From Amphiscolops sp. MND2022 (Eukaryota): a stretch of 64,000 nucleotides of DNA. The notes beneath the pieces were generated by a model. The model had not been told where the DNA came from, did no database searches, and saw only the letters and a list, made by a program, of their open reading frames with translations. This document shows, one piece after another, positions 13,243-26,347 of this stretch. The DNA lies in the NCBI GenBank assembly GCA_964187785.1, contig OZ076409.1, positions 29,762,001-29,826,000 of the forward strand, read 5' to 3'. The position numbers and the translations under genes are program-made. The stretch's first letter is position 1; every line of letters starts with the position of its first letter.

Positions 13243-16200
13243 TGTTAACGCTGAACTTTATAACTTGAATTGAAAATGAATTGGAGGACTATATAGAATT
13301 GGTGATGAATTGAATGGTGTTAATGCTGTCTCTTTATAAGGCTTTTGGCAAAGTGAGGCTAGATAGATTGTAGGGTTTAAGACAAAGTACCAGTATGTAT
13401 TTACAAACAGCTTTCAAGATTATGTCATCGGTTATGTCATAATGTCAATCTCAATCACATTCCCCCAAATAAATGTTGGAGGCAATTACAAATCTAATCC
13501 TCATTAAACTGTAGTAGTGGTAATAATAAACACAAATTATATTACTCAACAATGTTCAATGTTTACTCGTAACACGGGTTTACTAAATTGTTACAATGTT
13601 TAAAAGTTTTGTTTGTCCATTATACTTCTTCGGTATTGTTCTCTTTCTCCAATTACATCACATCGATGCCGGAGCGTTTCGTAGGGTAGCGCTTTCTTTC
13701 GAGGACTCGTGTTGGTCCCGATCTTGCGTTTTTCGCAGTCTTCTGCTAGTTCCCAGGGTTTTGTTCAATCTTAGGGGATGGTTCTCCTACTGCCTTCTGC
13801 TCTATCCCCTGCTTGTCAATACTTGTCCCAATCTGTTGGCTCCCGCTCTCCGTGGTTCCAGAAGATATTTCAATTATACTTGGTCGCTGTTCGCTTTCCA
13901 AGTCAAATGCTAGCTCTGGGGTTCTCACCATTCCTTTTCTTTTGCTTTCGCACTGGCTCTTCCTCTTCGCTCGCACTAGTTGATACTATAGCTCGTCTTT
14001 TGCTTGCGTTTTTGAATTTTGCTTTTTGACTCGCACTGGCACAAGCAATGTCTTTTTTTGAGAACAACTTCACCGTTGTTGACCTCTCTGGCACTATGGA
14101 TTCTGTATGCGCCGTTTCATTCACGAATGTTCCCTTCTTTTTGGCAAACGTAGGCTTCAGCTTTTGGCCATCTGATCGTTGCCTGACAAGGATAATAATT
14201 GAATCCGTCTCGACCTGGAAGTCCGATGGTTGGAATTCTAAGTTTGAATCTTGTTCCGAAATATCCATGAATTTCCCCACTAAATTGAATTTTACCGTGT
14301 TGGGCTTCTTTCCCATATGTTTTTCGAATGGGGACCTACTGTCCTTTTTCTTACTTATCCCTAATGCGTACAAAATTTCCGATAAGCCGGATTTATCTTT
14401 CGTTAGAATTGTTTGTTTATTCGCACGCAGTCATTCATTATTCGTTCTGACTAGTCGCTCGACTTTACCGTTTCCCCTGTGATCTCTCACTGGGTACGTT
14501 ATGTGTACTATTCCAAATTGCTTGCAAAACTTGGCGAACGCTTCACTCAACAATACTGTTCCGGGGCATGTTCTTATTTTCTTAGGGACTCCATAATGCG
14601 CTATATATTGTTTTAAAAGTTCGATTACCTTCTTTGTTGTTGGGCAGTGTAAAAATTTCGCAATCGGCCATCCCGAAAAATGGTCTATTGATACTAGTCG
14701 CTCGACTTTACCGTTTCCCCTGTGATCTTTCCTTTTTTTCCTTTTTTTCCTTTTTCCATATTTTGGAACGGTCTTGCAAAATCTAGCGCTACTTCTTGGT
14801 TTTGTTCGTTAACTTCCGTTATTTTGTCTATTTGACTTTGTTTTAACATACATTTTAGGTTCTTACCTGACTGCAGGCATTGTTCACAGAGACGGGCTTG
14901 GTCTAAAATCTATCAATGATTTCGAGGCCACCAAATGTTGGTAATCATTCCTAACATCGCGTCTCGGCCAGGATGGCCATAATGAAGGGAGCACATGATC
15001 ATTGCTCTCATCGACTGCGGAATTACCAGTCTTTTGTCCATATATAAAAATTCTTTTTCGTGTAAAGAGAATGACTGGAATTTTTTTCTCCGTGAGGACG
15101 GTAATCTTGTTACTCCAGTTTTATTATACTTTTTCACTAAGCTAATAACTTTCTGAATTAGTTTGTCTGCGCAGTAATTTGCTGGCAACAGCCTTTCATT
15201 GAGTAGCTTTATAGGCGGTCTTCGGTCCATTGTAGTTTTACTACGCTGTGACTATAATGGCTCTTACTTGATTCCCGCGAATTTCGCTTGTCCCGCGTTG
15301 TGATTAGTTGTCTTGATTTTGCCGCTTTTATGCGATTGACGGTTTTGCTTTTGTTCACACTTCTCGCGGGCTTTCGTTGCTCGCTCGTTGCTGCGCTTGT
15401 CGCTTCTTTGTTCACTAAAACATCATTTAGACTAATTACACTATTTACAGTAAACCATTCATTTGACAGAGTTTCTGCCTTTTTGCTGCTCCCTGTAACT
15501 CTGTGGGATGTCTGGATAGGTAGTCGGCCATTCCTAATGCCCTTCCTGCTACATGTATCACTTCAAACTCGAACGGAAGAAGTCGATCCACCCATCTTGT
15601 TAATCGGCTTGAAAATGTTTTATTTCCTCTGTTTGGCATCAGTACTGTCATTAATGCTTTATGATCAGAAAGTATTTTATATTTTACACCATATACATAA
15701 ATTTAAAATGTTCAATCGCCCAAACAATAGCTAGTAATTCTAATTCGTTGGTAAAATACTTTGCTTCAAAATCAAATGCAAATCTCGACGCAAAACAGAT
15801 TGGATTCCATTCACCATTTTCTGACTTTGTCGTAAAACTGCGCCTAGACCTTGTTTGCTTGCATCGCAGAATATTCTAATATCTTGGTTTCTTTTAAAGT
15901 GTGTCAGTTCAACCACCTTCTAAATTTCATCATTAATTTTCAAGAACGCTTTTTCATGTTATGTTCCCAGATCCAATCCGCATCTCTTTTCAAAATGGTT
16001 CTGAAAAAAAACCTATTGCCGCTAGGTGTGGTATTAACTTGTTAAATTGATTGACCGCTCCCAAGAATGAGCGTAATTGCTTCAAGTTAGTTGGTCGCAG
16101 TCTATCGCTTATTCCCTGGGCTTTTGTATTAATGGGGAAAACACCAGTCCGAGTTAATTTATATCCCATTCACTCTATACTTTCTTGCGCTATCGTACAT

Positions 16201-17679
16201 TTTTCCGCTTTTAACTGCAAATTAGCCTCATCCAAAATTCTCACCACTTTTCTAACTTTGCTTATGTGTACTTGCTTGGTTCCTTTAGTTCACAATTAAT
16301 ATGTCGTCTATGTACACAAACACACTATTTATTTTTGCCAAAGTGAGATCCATGAATTTTTGGAATTCAGTAGACATTACTGTGAGGCCGTAAAATCCCG
16401 TTGTAAAGCGATAAGTTTCTGTTGATTTCCCCCCTGCTTAATAAATTAATGAGTTCCTGCTTTGAAATAATTTCCGCACATCGTTCCTTCCATGTAGAAA
16501 AGTTCACAGTTATTTCCGTCTACTCGTAGAACTAGTTGCTCTTCGTCTTATTCTGATTCTCCATCTTCAGATTCCTCAATGTAGTTCATTCTTCGCACAC
16601 CTTTTGTGTTATCCCAATTTTTCTAACGTTGCATCATTTTCTTGTGTCTCTGTGGAAACTTTTTGTTGTAGCACTTCTCCAGATGACCTATTAATTTACA
16701 ATATTCACTGCGGTAATTAGTAGCCATGCAGAAAGTCACATACTCCAAGCTTACCCACATATGTAACATTCCCTGGGGTTAGATTTTTCCACTGCATACA
16801 CCGGTTCACTCTTTATCGTCGTTTTTGGTGGTAGCCTCAATTGTGTCCCATATGCTTTTTGCCTCTTTACTCCTTCTTCGAAGGCAATGGAGAAATCTAG
16901 GGTTTGGTCAGGCTCTTTCGGCTCTGTACACAGCTTCTCTTGAACTTTTTCATTACTCATGTGAAGAATAAACATGTCTAAAACTAGGGTTGTTGATATT
17001 TCCCCAAAATTGCACAGTGCCGCGAGGCCATATAGCGCGTGCCAAAATTGGAAAACTGACTCGCCTGGTTGTTGAAGTCGTGTTTCTCTTTTTTCTAAAG
17101 CACTCGTTGCATTATGTTATTAATTCTTGTGCCTTTAATTCCCACAATGCCGTGTGCGGGTATTTGTCCATGGACTGCTTCCTCGCTGCCTCACCCAAGG
17201 ACAAATACGTGACGCTAATAATTTTCTTGTTAGCAGGGTCTACATCAACATCCCCCAACAACGCGCGAACCCGGGACTCTGCTGAGTCACTTCTCTTGAT
17301 GGCTAAATGCAGTATTTAGCCATCAGGGCTACTTGGAATAGATCGAGCCACTTGTCCCAATCCATGGCTGGATTCGCAGTCGCATCGCTCCAGAATACTG
17401 GCAGACCCACCAAATGCGATGAAGATGATGAGCTGGATGAAGGGGTTTCCGCCATGTTAACGCTGAACTTTAGAAGTTGAATTGAAAACGAAATGGAGGA
17501 CTATATTGAATTGATGATGAATTGAATGATGTTAATGCTGTCTCTTTATAAGGCTTTCCGCAAAGTGAGGCTAGATAGAATGTAAGGTTTAAGACAAAGT
17601 ACCAGTATGTCTTTGTCTTTGTACAAACAGCTTTCAAGATTATGTCATCGGTTATGTCATAATGTCAATTTCTATCACA
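13243..17679 (-). mobile_element. Ty3/Gypsy LTR retrotransposon, degenerate and internally deleted
   Basis: LTRs at 13243-13459 and 17455-17679 (TGT...ACA), TSD GGTTT on both sides, and a PPT (minus-strand TTTGGGGGAA) next to the left LTR. Remnants on the minus strand include gag, RT (RFTTGFYGL...VYIDD, ~16300-16420), the RNase H end (MADYLSRHP) and the integrase zinc finger (LHYGHPGRDAM...WWPR). Confidence 0.93.
13600..17455 (-). pseudogene. gag-pol: gag-pol remnants of the Gypsy element
   Basis: Begins MAETPSSSSSSSHLVGLPVFWSDATANPAMDWDKWLDLF at 17455. It has many frameshifts and stops. Most of the protease and the first half of RT are deleted near 16440-16460. Confidence 0.85.
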
Positions 17680-19618
17680 GGTTTACAATTTCTTTTTAGA
17701 AATTATGCTTTAAAAAGTAAATTGTTTCCTCAGTGAACTTACATACCCACAGAAACATTTAAAATTGTACAAAAATTGCGTAAAACGGCCAAAAATATGC
17801 AAACGGTCGCTTTTTTGGCGTTTTAGGACAGTTGGTGTACATGTAATGCTCTCCTAGACGAATACTGTGGTACAATCTCTCTTTTGAGTTAAATATTGAA
17901 ACATGGCAAAGTTGTAATTAATAACATGGAGCAAAAGAAAATAGATGCAAGATCGAAGATTAATGATACTTATTTTCGCCTGCATTTGCGATATATACAT
18001 ACTTTCATCTTTTCTTTCTGTTAGTTGATAAAACCTGTCTCGTGAAATTGACTGTTTCGTATTCTGGATCTGTTTCAACTTGTACAATATTGATGTGATG
18101 TACAAAGTGACGCTCTCATGAAATTCAACTAGGGGCGCAAAACAGGTCCACAAAATATCATCTCATTTTATTTTTAAAAGTATGCTTCGAGATGGTACGT
18201 GTCTGGAAAATCTTCACCAAACTGGCTCATCATCAGAAGCAGTTTTATGATTGTTGAATCTTGAGCCTAAGTCAGGAGCAGCATTCACTCATTCCATATT
18301 TTTTAAATTTCAGATCCTACAGACTTTGTGTAGCTCCACAATTATTACCGACAAATATTTAAAATAGAAAACAAAAGGGTAATCTTAAAAATTTATTCAG
18401 TTTATATGCATATGACTTCAAGATTTACTGTTTTTTGATCTTTCATTGTAATCTAACACTGTGCATTATAGTGGCTTCTTTTCAGCATCATTCTAATACT
18501 CATCAGTTATCAACGAACATCAAAAAATTTGAACAACTCAAATTTTCTACAGCGATATCTCTCAAACCTGAAAACCCATAGCACGTCACACATCAAAGTC
18601 TTCTGTATGTTTGAGCGGATATTCAACAGCTACATATTTTTCAACACTCGAGTGAAGTTTCTGCTTCAAAAGCATATATTTTGAGAGCAATAATATTGTA
18701 TTTGTGCAACACAATTGTATTTCACAGCCTTTACTTTAGATCTAAGCAATATGTACAGTTATACGCAAACATCGGCTAGTTTGTCTTTTTTGAATTTCAT
18801 TTTGTACTGAGCCACAAGCCTCTTTCCATTAGCTTCTTTCATCAGTAATTTTTTATTTGCAAGTTGAAAACGAGATTAAACAAAGTTTTGCTATTTTCGT
18901 ACACCAAGTTAATGAACGTTTTCAACTTTTGATATTTTTATTTTTGGTGGTGCTCAGTTTTTTCCTTCTAGTGTTGAAAACTAGTAATCCTCTGTCATTT
19001 TGGATGTTCAATTGTTTGACTTTGCATTTATTATAAATTATAAGGTTTATGACATATAAAAAATTAACTTTTCTTTCTTCCAATGTCAAAAAATAGCTTC
19101 ACTTTTCAGGAACAAAATCTACCCGTAGCTAGTGATGTTTTTACAAGCTATTTTTTCATTTTGGGCATGGTTTCCTGTTTAAGCGACCGTAGGTGGAGCT
19201 CTTTTCTTGCAATGCTAGCAGTTTTGATCAGAGAAGAGGATTTTCGCTCTGTCTACTTAAGAAGATGGCTGTGTTTGCTGCAAATGAAACGAAAATGAAG
19301 AAAAATTTCCAGAACAAATCAGCTAATAGATTTCAATTGGCTGTCAAGATGTTTGTGATGCAACATAATCCCTGGGTTTAAAATGAAAGGAGCCGATTAC
19401 TTTTCGAAAAAAGGAATTGATAACTGTAATTGCCAATGGAAGTCCTTTCTAATTTACAGTCCATTAAAACTAAGCACATTCCCTCGGTTATATCTTGAAG
19501 CCCAAGAGCGGCAAAAAAGAGGAACGTGGAATTACCTCCTAAGCAATTAGCAGGTAGAATATCTTGGTGTTTAAGACCTCTTTCGTTTTTTCAACCCACA
19601 CTTGCAAATATCAACACC

Positions 19619-20191
19619 ATGATGTCCCCTCCCATTACTACAGGTGAGTCGTTTTTATACTTATACTCATATTCAGTATTTTACAAGTAGATATATAACT
19701 GCACAGCTCTAAAGAAAAATTCTCCCATTCACCAAATGTATCTAAACCAGGTATGAAACGATTATTACGATTATATACATTCACCTTAATGTTTTAATGC
19801 TTGGATAAAGTTGTTTTTTTTCTAACTTTCATTTGTTTTGCGATACCCATAAATTTGAAAAGCCATTTCAACCGCCATAAGCATATGTTATCGTAATATC
19901 CTGAATCGAACGCTTGAATGAGCGAAAAAGATCTGAGATTTAAAATCATGATTTTAATAAAATAGAACAAAAGTTTCTTATAAAGATTTTATAAGCTATT
20001 GATTCAAAACGTATACCTCTATTCAATTGAAGTATTTGAAAGAACATCTGAAGCCTGATAAGAGTGTGAAATTCTTACCTTATATAGGGTTCAACATATT
20101 GAAGGGAAACCGAAGAGCTTTGACTGGACAGAATTACTGAAAATCTTTCCCTTACAACAAGCACTAACTCTAAATGGAGTTAATGGTATTG
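19619..20191 (+). other. Three candidate short exons of a spliced host transcript (ending 19643; 19707-19750; ~20088-20191)
   Basis: Consensus donors CAG|GTGAGT, CAG|GTATGA and TTG|GTAAGT, and acceptors GCACAG| and TATATAG|. The joined reading frames hit stops, so these may be 5'UTR or non-coding exons. Confidence 0.35.
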
Positions 20192-20393
20192 GTAAGTACA
20201 AAAAATTCACGAGGTAGGTAACATTCAGAAGGATGTTCGATCGAACTCAAAAGAAATTTTTTTCTCGTTTTCAATGACATCGAAATGTATATGTCTACAC
20301 TTTTATAACATCTGAGCTTTTTCTCTATTTACAAATGCTCAATTAATATGTTCTTCAGAATTATTTTCACTTGAAGTGTTCGATGGTTTTGTC

Positions 20394-21413
20394 TTTAGTC
20401 GGCGCTTTCTTAGAAAGTGCAGACTATAGTAGTGGCTTTTTTAAGACCGAAGAAGTGACAGATTTTATCAATTTCTATCAACTTTGTTCAACTTTCTTGG
20501 AACATACATAACATCGAACACGTACATAAATTCGAATAAAACGTTTTCAAAGTTCGGATGTAACGTTTTCAGAGTTCGGATATAACGTTTTCATTCCCCG
20601 TATAACGTAATCAATTTCTCCCCAAGATTTCAAATAAATTGCAATTCAAATATTTAGGGTCAGGTTTTCAGTACTATAAGACTTTTTCAGGTTCTCGAAA
20701 AATCTTTATTCAACAAATGATTTAAAACAACATTTAAAACTACAAGTGATTTTTTGTGACAACAAAACCCCCCGGGGGTACAGTTTTCTGCTTTGTTTCG
20801 GTTTTGTGAGACTTTTTTTCGAAATTTTTTAAATATCTGCAGAGGATCCCCTGTTCAACTTTTTTGATATTTTGTAACAGAATGGATGTTGAAAAATCCC
20901 AAAGGATCCCCCCTTTCACATTTTTTAGCACTATGAGACTGTTCAAAAGTCTCATTTTTCGTCTGATATTAGGTTCTCTCAACACAAATCCAATAATTTT
21001 TTTCGAAACTATCTGAATTATTCAAGACCTGCGTTTTTCGGTACTGTGCGACTTTTTCTAGTTTGTTTTTATCGAAGCCCCCCTTCAATTTGAACAAGAA
21101 ACCAAACGTTTTTCGAGTATAGAGGATCACGTAGGATTTCAGCACTATGCGACATACTGGGAATATTTTTTGAAATTTTCGAAACAAATATCTCAAATTT
21201 CGTTTTTCGAGGTTTTCGGCTGAATAAAATGGGTTTTTTGCTGTTTCCAGTTGGGGAAAAAGTAGTTTTGAAGCCTTATGCATATCCCTTTGGGTATTTT
21301 CTGGCAGTGGTAAAATTGATGAAATTTCAACAATGGTGTTCTTTTGCATATTCAAAAACAGTTACTTTTTGAACCTTGAGCGAGTCACAGACTTGCGCCG
21401 TTCCCGGCTTGTT
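20394..21413 (+). mobile_element. HINE/DINE-1-like element, copy C
   Basis: 5' TTTAGTCGGCGCT...GACTATAG and 3' GCCGTTCCCGGCTTGTT. Internal AACGTTTTCARAGTTCGGAT repeats lie at 20540-20600. A further partial copy follows at about 21420-21911. Confidence 0.6.
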
Positions 21414-22826
21414 TTTTTTCCAGCAGCTCTTATTCGCCGAGATATACGCAGAACAGATGGAGCAAATATACGGTAAAAATCATTCGGCTTAGCCAGCACG
21501 CTATATCCGAACGTTTGACGATATATGCGAAGTAAATTGCGTTTTTCTAAGGAGGAAGCGGAGGTTCGAAATCGTTTCGCCATATCCGGTCTTTGATGCT
21601 ACAACCGAAGTAAATTGCGTTTTACTAAGGAGGAGGCCGATGTTCCGGAAAACGCTCGCAAAAATTGCGTTTTGCAAAATCGAAAATCTAATGTTGGGTT
21701 TTTCTGCACTATGTGACATTTTCCGGGAAGAAATTGGGTTTTCAATGTTTCGAGTTGGGTGCAGCTTTACTGGGAGAAACATCCAATTAAAGTGTACCCC
21801 CTCGGGTTTCATGAATGTTTTCGGGTCGAAAAAAGCATTTAGCATATTCAAACACTTTGTTTTTTTTTCCAAAACGAGCGAGACTTCGACTTTTGCTGTT
21901 GCCGGCTTGTTAGATTTAAGGTGTGTCGCGATTTTGTTCGCTACCAATTGAGTCGACTGAAGTCTGACGAGACACTACTTGTTTCCTGTCTTTCTGCATA
22001 AAACATTTACTGGGACGATTTCCCCAAGTTTTCTGAGCATTTTCCACTTCGGAGTTCCGTTGTAGCCCACTGGACCTTCGGTCCCCCATGGTTAAATTAG
22101 CTGCGTAGCCCATTGGACCCTTGGTCCACCATGGTGTAATTTCCTCCCCCTGTACCTCTAACGTGTTTTGGATGAAAGGACGTATTTTTTCAGTGATTGC
22201 ATTGCTGATTGCGTATTGTATTTGAAAACTCAAACCAGTTTTGATCTCATTCAGTTTTCTCGACATTTGATTGGAAATTTCTTCGCTAATCATGCTAGTA
22301 GTATCAATAACAATTTCACTATTTTCTCTACTGTTAGTATTGAGTAATGATCTGAAGTCTTCTCCTATTACATTTGAATTTTGTTGTAGTCGACTTGACC
22401 CTGAGTCTAAATTCGCTTCATTTTTACTACAATTATTTTCTTCGTCATCTCTAGAGTAACTTCCTAACATAATATTTACAATCTCCACATCAGACATCAA
22501 GTCCATTTGTCTAGATCGGCGTTCCTCAGCCTTTTACTTTCTAGTTGAAGGCATTGAAGAACCAGTTATTTCAACAGTGAATTGGGATAAGTAACAGGTA
22601 TTTCAACAAACTTTAACTGAGCGAAAGTATGGACAATTCGTGTGAAATCACAGTATGTGGAATATTTGCTTGTATTCAGGTTATCAAAAGAATGATCCTC
22701 GGGTCCTGTCGTCCCTAGTATTTATGGCGTAGCATGACTCGTCACATTTAAGGTGTCATGTTACTATAAATAAGTGTTCTTGAGCTTAAAATAGCTCTGA
22801 CAAATGACATCAATATTACGTCACTA

Positions 22827-23032
22827 AATTGTTGTGGACTAAAATAGCCTCAAAACAACTTTGGGGGAGGGGGCAAGGTGGCTTAGCCTTGAGGTCTGAA
22901 TTGAGTTGGAAAATGAATATAGATAACCGTGTATATCCATATTCATTTTCCAACTCAATTCAGACCTCAAGGCTAAGCCGCCTTGCCCCCTCCCCCAAAG
23001 TTGTTTTGAGGCTATTTTAGTCCACAACAATT
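22827..23032. repeat. Near-perfect ~206-bp palindrome inside the 3' LTR
   Basis: The ~95-bp arms are reverse complements with few mismatches. Only one arm is present in the 5' LTR (28386-28490). Confidence 0.95.
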
Positions 23033-23814
23033 CACGTAAAAACATGCTTCTTCAAATTCTGCATGTCATTCAAGTATAATACTAGATTTTATGCAAATAA
23101 CACTGCCTCGGCCTCAAAGTCTAAATGTCTATATCATTTCAAGTACAGGCTCTCATTTGAGCTAATAATTCCACGGCGGACCTTCAGTCCACTCGTCTAC
23201 AGTACAGCATATATAAGTATTGGATTGGAAGTGAACAGCACCATGGCGGACTCACGGTCCGCGTGGCTACAGTAAACGTATATCAGCGCTACACTGTGAT
23301 TGGTCGTTATAATGTTGGACAGCGTGTACAGCTAGCTTCAGGAAACGATCATTTGAACTCGTTTCCTGTAATGTGCTTACTTGTACGTTTTAATTTAATT
23401 AAATTGAAGCTGCATTGACACTTTCCAATTGCATCATTTTTTATTACCAATAAATTATCACAGTACCCTTTTAATTGCAAATAGCAACTGATGCAAATCG
23501 TAATAAAAATAATCTATAGTACCTGTAACTGATAAACTAAGCGTAAAAAATTATTGTAGGCAAGTCAACTTAAGGTCTCCTGAGGACAAACTTCGTAGTA
23601 GCTCGTTGGTAGGTTGTATCATCTCTAGCCAGTTGTCCTCTAAGTCTTAAAGCTTCATATAGGTAGTACGCCAGGTGCAGGGTTAGGGTTGTTGTCTCCT
23701 GCTGGTATTTGGTAGAAAATACCGTCGCAGGTGGTAGCCTGTGACACTCCCCTTGGGACTAAAACGACACTACCGGCTCTCATCCCGGCTAGGGAGGCGT
23801 TTCTTAATATCCTC

Positions 23815-24465
23815 TTATAGAGGGGTTTTCTCTAAATATCCAAGGGTGATCTCCTCTTGGATGGTTGCGAACGATTTACCGCAAACTGTACAGTCACCAC
23901 GCTGGATGTAGTTTGGTTCTCCACAGAGGCCGCAAACACTTTTAGCAAGTCCTGTAATGTGCAGATTTGACATCCACGAGTCCGCCTGTTGTAGTTCTCC
24001 CGACCACTGGTTGTTGCCAACGTTACCTGATGGTCGTTGGTCGATTAACGGGGGTGACGTTGGTGAATAGGTTATTGGTTCAATCCTGCTGCAATTTGCC
24101 ATATGATGATTGAGATCATTTGCGGTATAAGTCTGAGAGGGTGGACTTCCCGTGAACCAGTCAATCAGGCTGTCAGACGGGTCAAGTGTTGAGCCGATTG
24201 ATCCTGACGGTCTGTATAGAGGTTGCGTCCTTTCTTCGCCGCATGTGCCCAGATCAAAGGTCATTGCACGCCCTGCTACCAACTGTGGTGGGTGAATGGA
24301 AGCCTCCCTATAACAGCCAATCACTTCTATGTCGCTGTCCGCATCCTGTTCCTGCTCTGTAGCGATTACTGAAGTCAAGTCGACCTCCATATCCTCTTCT
24401 GAGGACTCATATAGTGCGCTGACCAAGGGTCTGATGAACTCTTCGACATCAAATTGAAGTGACAT
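23815..24465 (-). CDS. Accessory ORF of the LTR element (216 aa; acidic, Pro/Ser-rich, with a CxxC-x10-CxxC motif)
   Basis: ATG-initiated ORF just upstream of the PPT, containing CGLCGEPNYIQRGDCTVCG. Function unknown. Confidence 0.6.
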   Translation of the reverse strand: MSLQFDVEEFIRPLVSALYESSEEDMEVDLTSVIATEQEQDADSDIEVIGCYREASIHPPQLVAGRAMTFDLGTCGEERTQPLYRPSGSIGSTLDPSDSLIDWFTGSPPSQTYTANDLNHHMANCSRIEPITYSPTSPPLIDQRPSGNVGNNQWSGELQQADSWMSNLHITGLAKSVCGLCGEPNYIQRGDCTVCGKSFATIQEEITLGYLEKTPL

Positions 24466-25663
24466 TTCGTTGTGGAATCGTGACTGGAATATTTTCTTAG
24501 CAATGATTGTAAAGTCAACTTGAATGTGTCTTCGAAAATGAATAGAATGATTTGTTATCGCCCAATGGACCCTGAGTCTTCCTTGGTTTCACGGTGAGCA
24601 TTTACGCGGGGAAACATAGTTACTAGTTTCCCCAAATTTTTCCTAACTTTTCTTTTAAGTAAACCTTTAGTTTTAGGTAAACTTCAACAATGGGTTGTAA
24701 CAACTCTTAATAGGCTCTTGAGGATCTCTCAGTTTATTTGTTCAACAGCTAGTTAGTAGATAATTATCATGAAAGTGTTGACTAGTAATGACTACCTGTA
24801 AATAATGACACCATCAAAGACTACCGGTCCGAGTAGCTGCACACAACGCGCTGGCCAAAGAGGTGGCAGCGATAAATAATTGAGTAAAGTCTCCGAGAAA
24901 ATGAATAAAGATGACGGAATTAAATATTCGATGCTCTAGTAGATGAAATGAAAAATATAAATGGCAAAATAAAACCCGATTTCATGAATATCACTGGCAG
25001 ACCACAATCCCGAAATGCTGGAATCAAATAACAAAAAGTAATAGTTGTCATTATGTATCTCCAATATCAGCCACGACCCCCAGTATAAGTAATCTTCTTT
25101 GAACTTGTAATAATTTAAAGTTAGTCCAAAGTAAGGTCTTAGTGTACGGAGTAATTTTGGCTAAATACCTTTTGTGGAAAATTTTATATTGGTGTTTGAA
25201 GTACAGTTTGCTTTCCGCCACTGTTACAATAGTAGCAGTCTCATCCGGACTGAATCATTCCATCAATTAACCCGTTCACATTAATTAACTGATTTCGTCC
25301 TTGCAACTATCTCTATTGGAATACCCACGATCGCCCTTTGGTACAGACGGCTACATCCCAAGAATACCTCAACTAGCGGTCCAGTAGCCAGCACATTGTC
25401 GGATCTAGCTCCCAAACCAGTTTTGACAACGTCAATAAACAAATTCTGCACTCCCAGATGGAAATAGCATCAGATTGGTTCTTTTAATTTAAATCTTAGC
25501 ATAAACTTGATCAATGTTTAGCTTTGATTTGTGACACTTCTACCATCGTGAAATGATTTCATATTGAATCATTGATTGTATCTTACTTCCGGAAGGTTTT
25601 CGAACGCGGTAAAATGAATTCATACTCAGGAAGTGAACCGCGCAAATTTTTTTTTCCATTTAG

Positions 25664-26345
25664 GTGAAGAAAATAGCGGCCAACCTCAGCAAACGTCTAA
25701 TGACCCTGAATCGACGCCTTTTCTCGAGCAACTGGCCACTAATGATACGCCAATAATTGAGCCAAGCAGTATCGATATCCGTCAGGCCAATCAAGGGGAC
25801 CAGGAGGCCATACAGCCACACCATTCCCCAGGACCATCAATAATTTCCCGATTCTTTGCTACTGATAGCAGTGGGTCAAACGAGAGTTGCGAGACTTACA
25901 TCACATGGAAGTGGAATCAATTAACTGAGAGAGTTGCCTTAGATATGTATGAGATTACAGAATTTGCCAAGAAGGAAAGTATAAGCGAAGCCATAGCTCT
26001 CGCCCCTAATGTTCAACACTATGAGTATTTTCAACTTCAAGGGAACTCTTAGCCCCAAGTCACTTTCCTTGATTCCCCAAAAGGAACAGAGGCCAACAGT
26101 TACCCTAAACAAGAGGCACTAGCAGCAAAGAAGCCTCGAATGACGCCTCCCCAGCGCAGTTCATCTGGTGACACAGTCCCACCTGATCCACCAACAACTG
26201 AATTGTCTATTTGGAGGCAGCCAGAATCTTGCAGTGAAGATGAGCAGATTGAAATCGAACAACCGTTTGCCAATTACAGCAGTTCTCAGCTTGGACATCT
26301 CACAGACACTGAGTCAGGTCGACACTGTCGGACACGGAGTTTTTC
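25664..26345 (+). pseudogene. Antisense accessory ORF or exon within the LTR element (one in-frame stop)
   Basis: ORFs 25633-26052 and 26140-26466 share a frame and are separated by a single TAG. A strong acceptor TTTTTTTCCATTTAG| precedes them at 25663. Confidence 0.45.
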
Positions 26346-26347
26346 AT

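Noticed and set aside
219..18134. CCCTAGTTGAA (219) and TTCAACTAGGG (~18124) as TIRs of an 18-kb transposon
   Set aside because: The match is only 11 bp, the flanks do not form a TSD, and the right site has no subterminal repeats.
17850..18900. Coding-looking decayed sequence (also 45100-47400) as transposase genes
   Set aside because: The frames are fragmented and show no catalytic motif I can identify; a translated search is needed.
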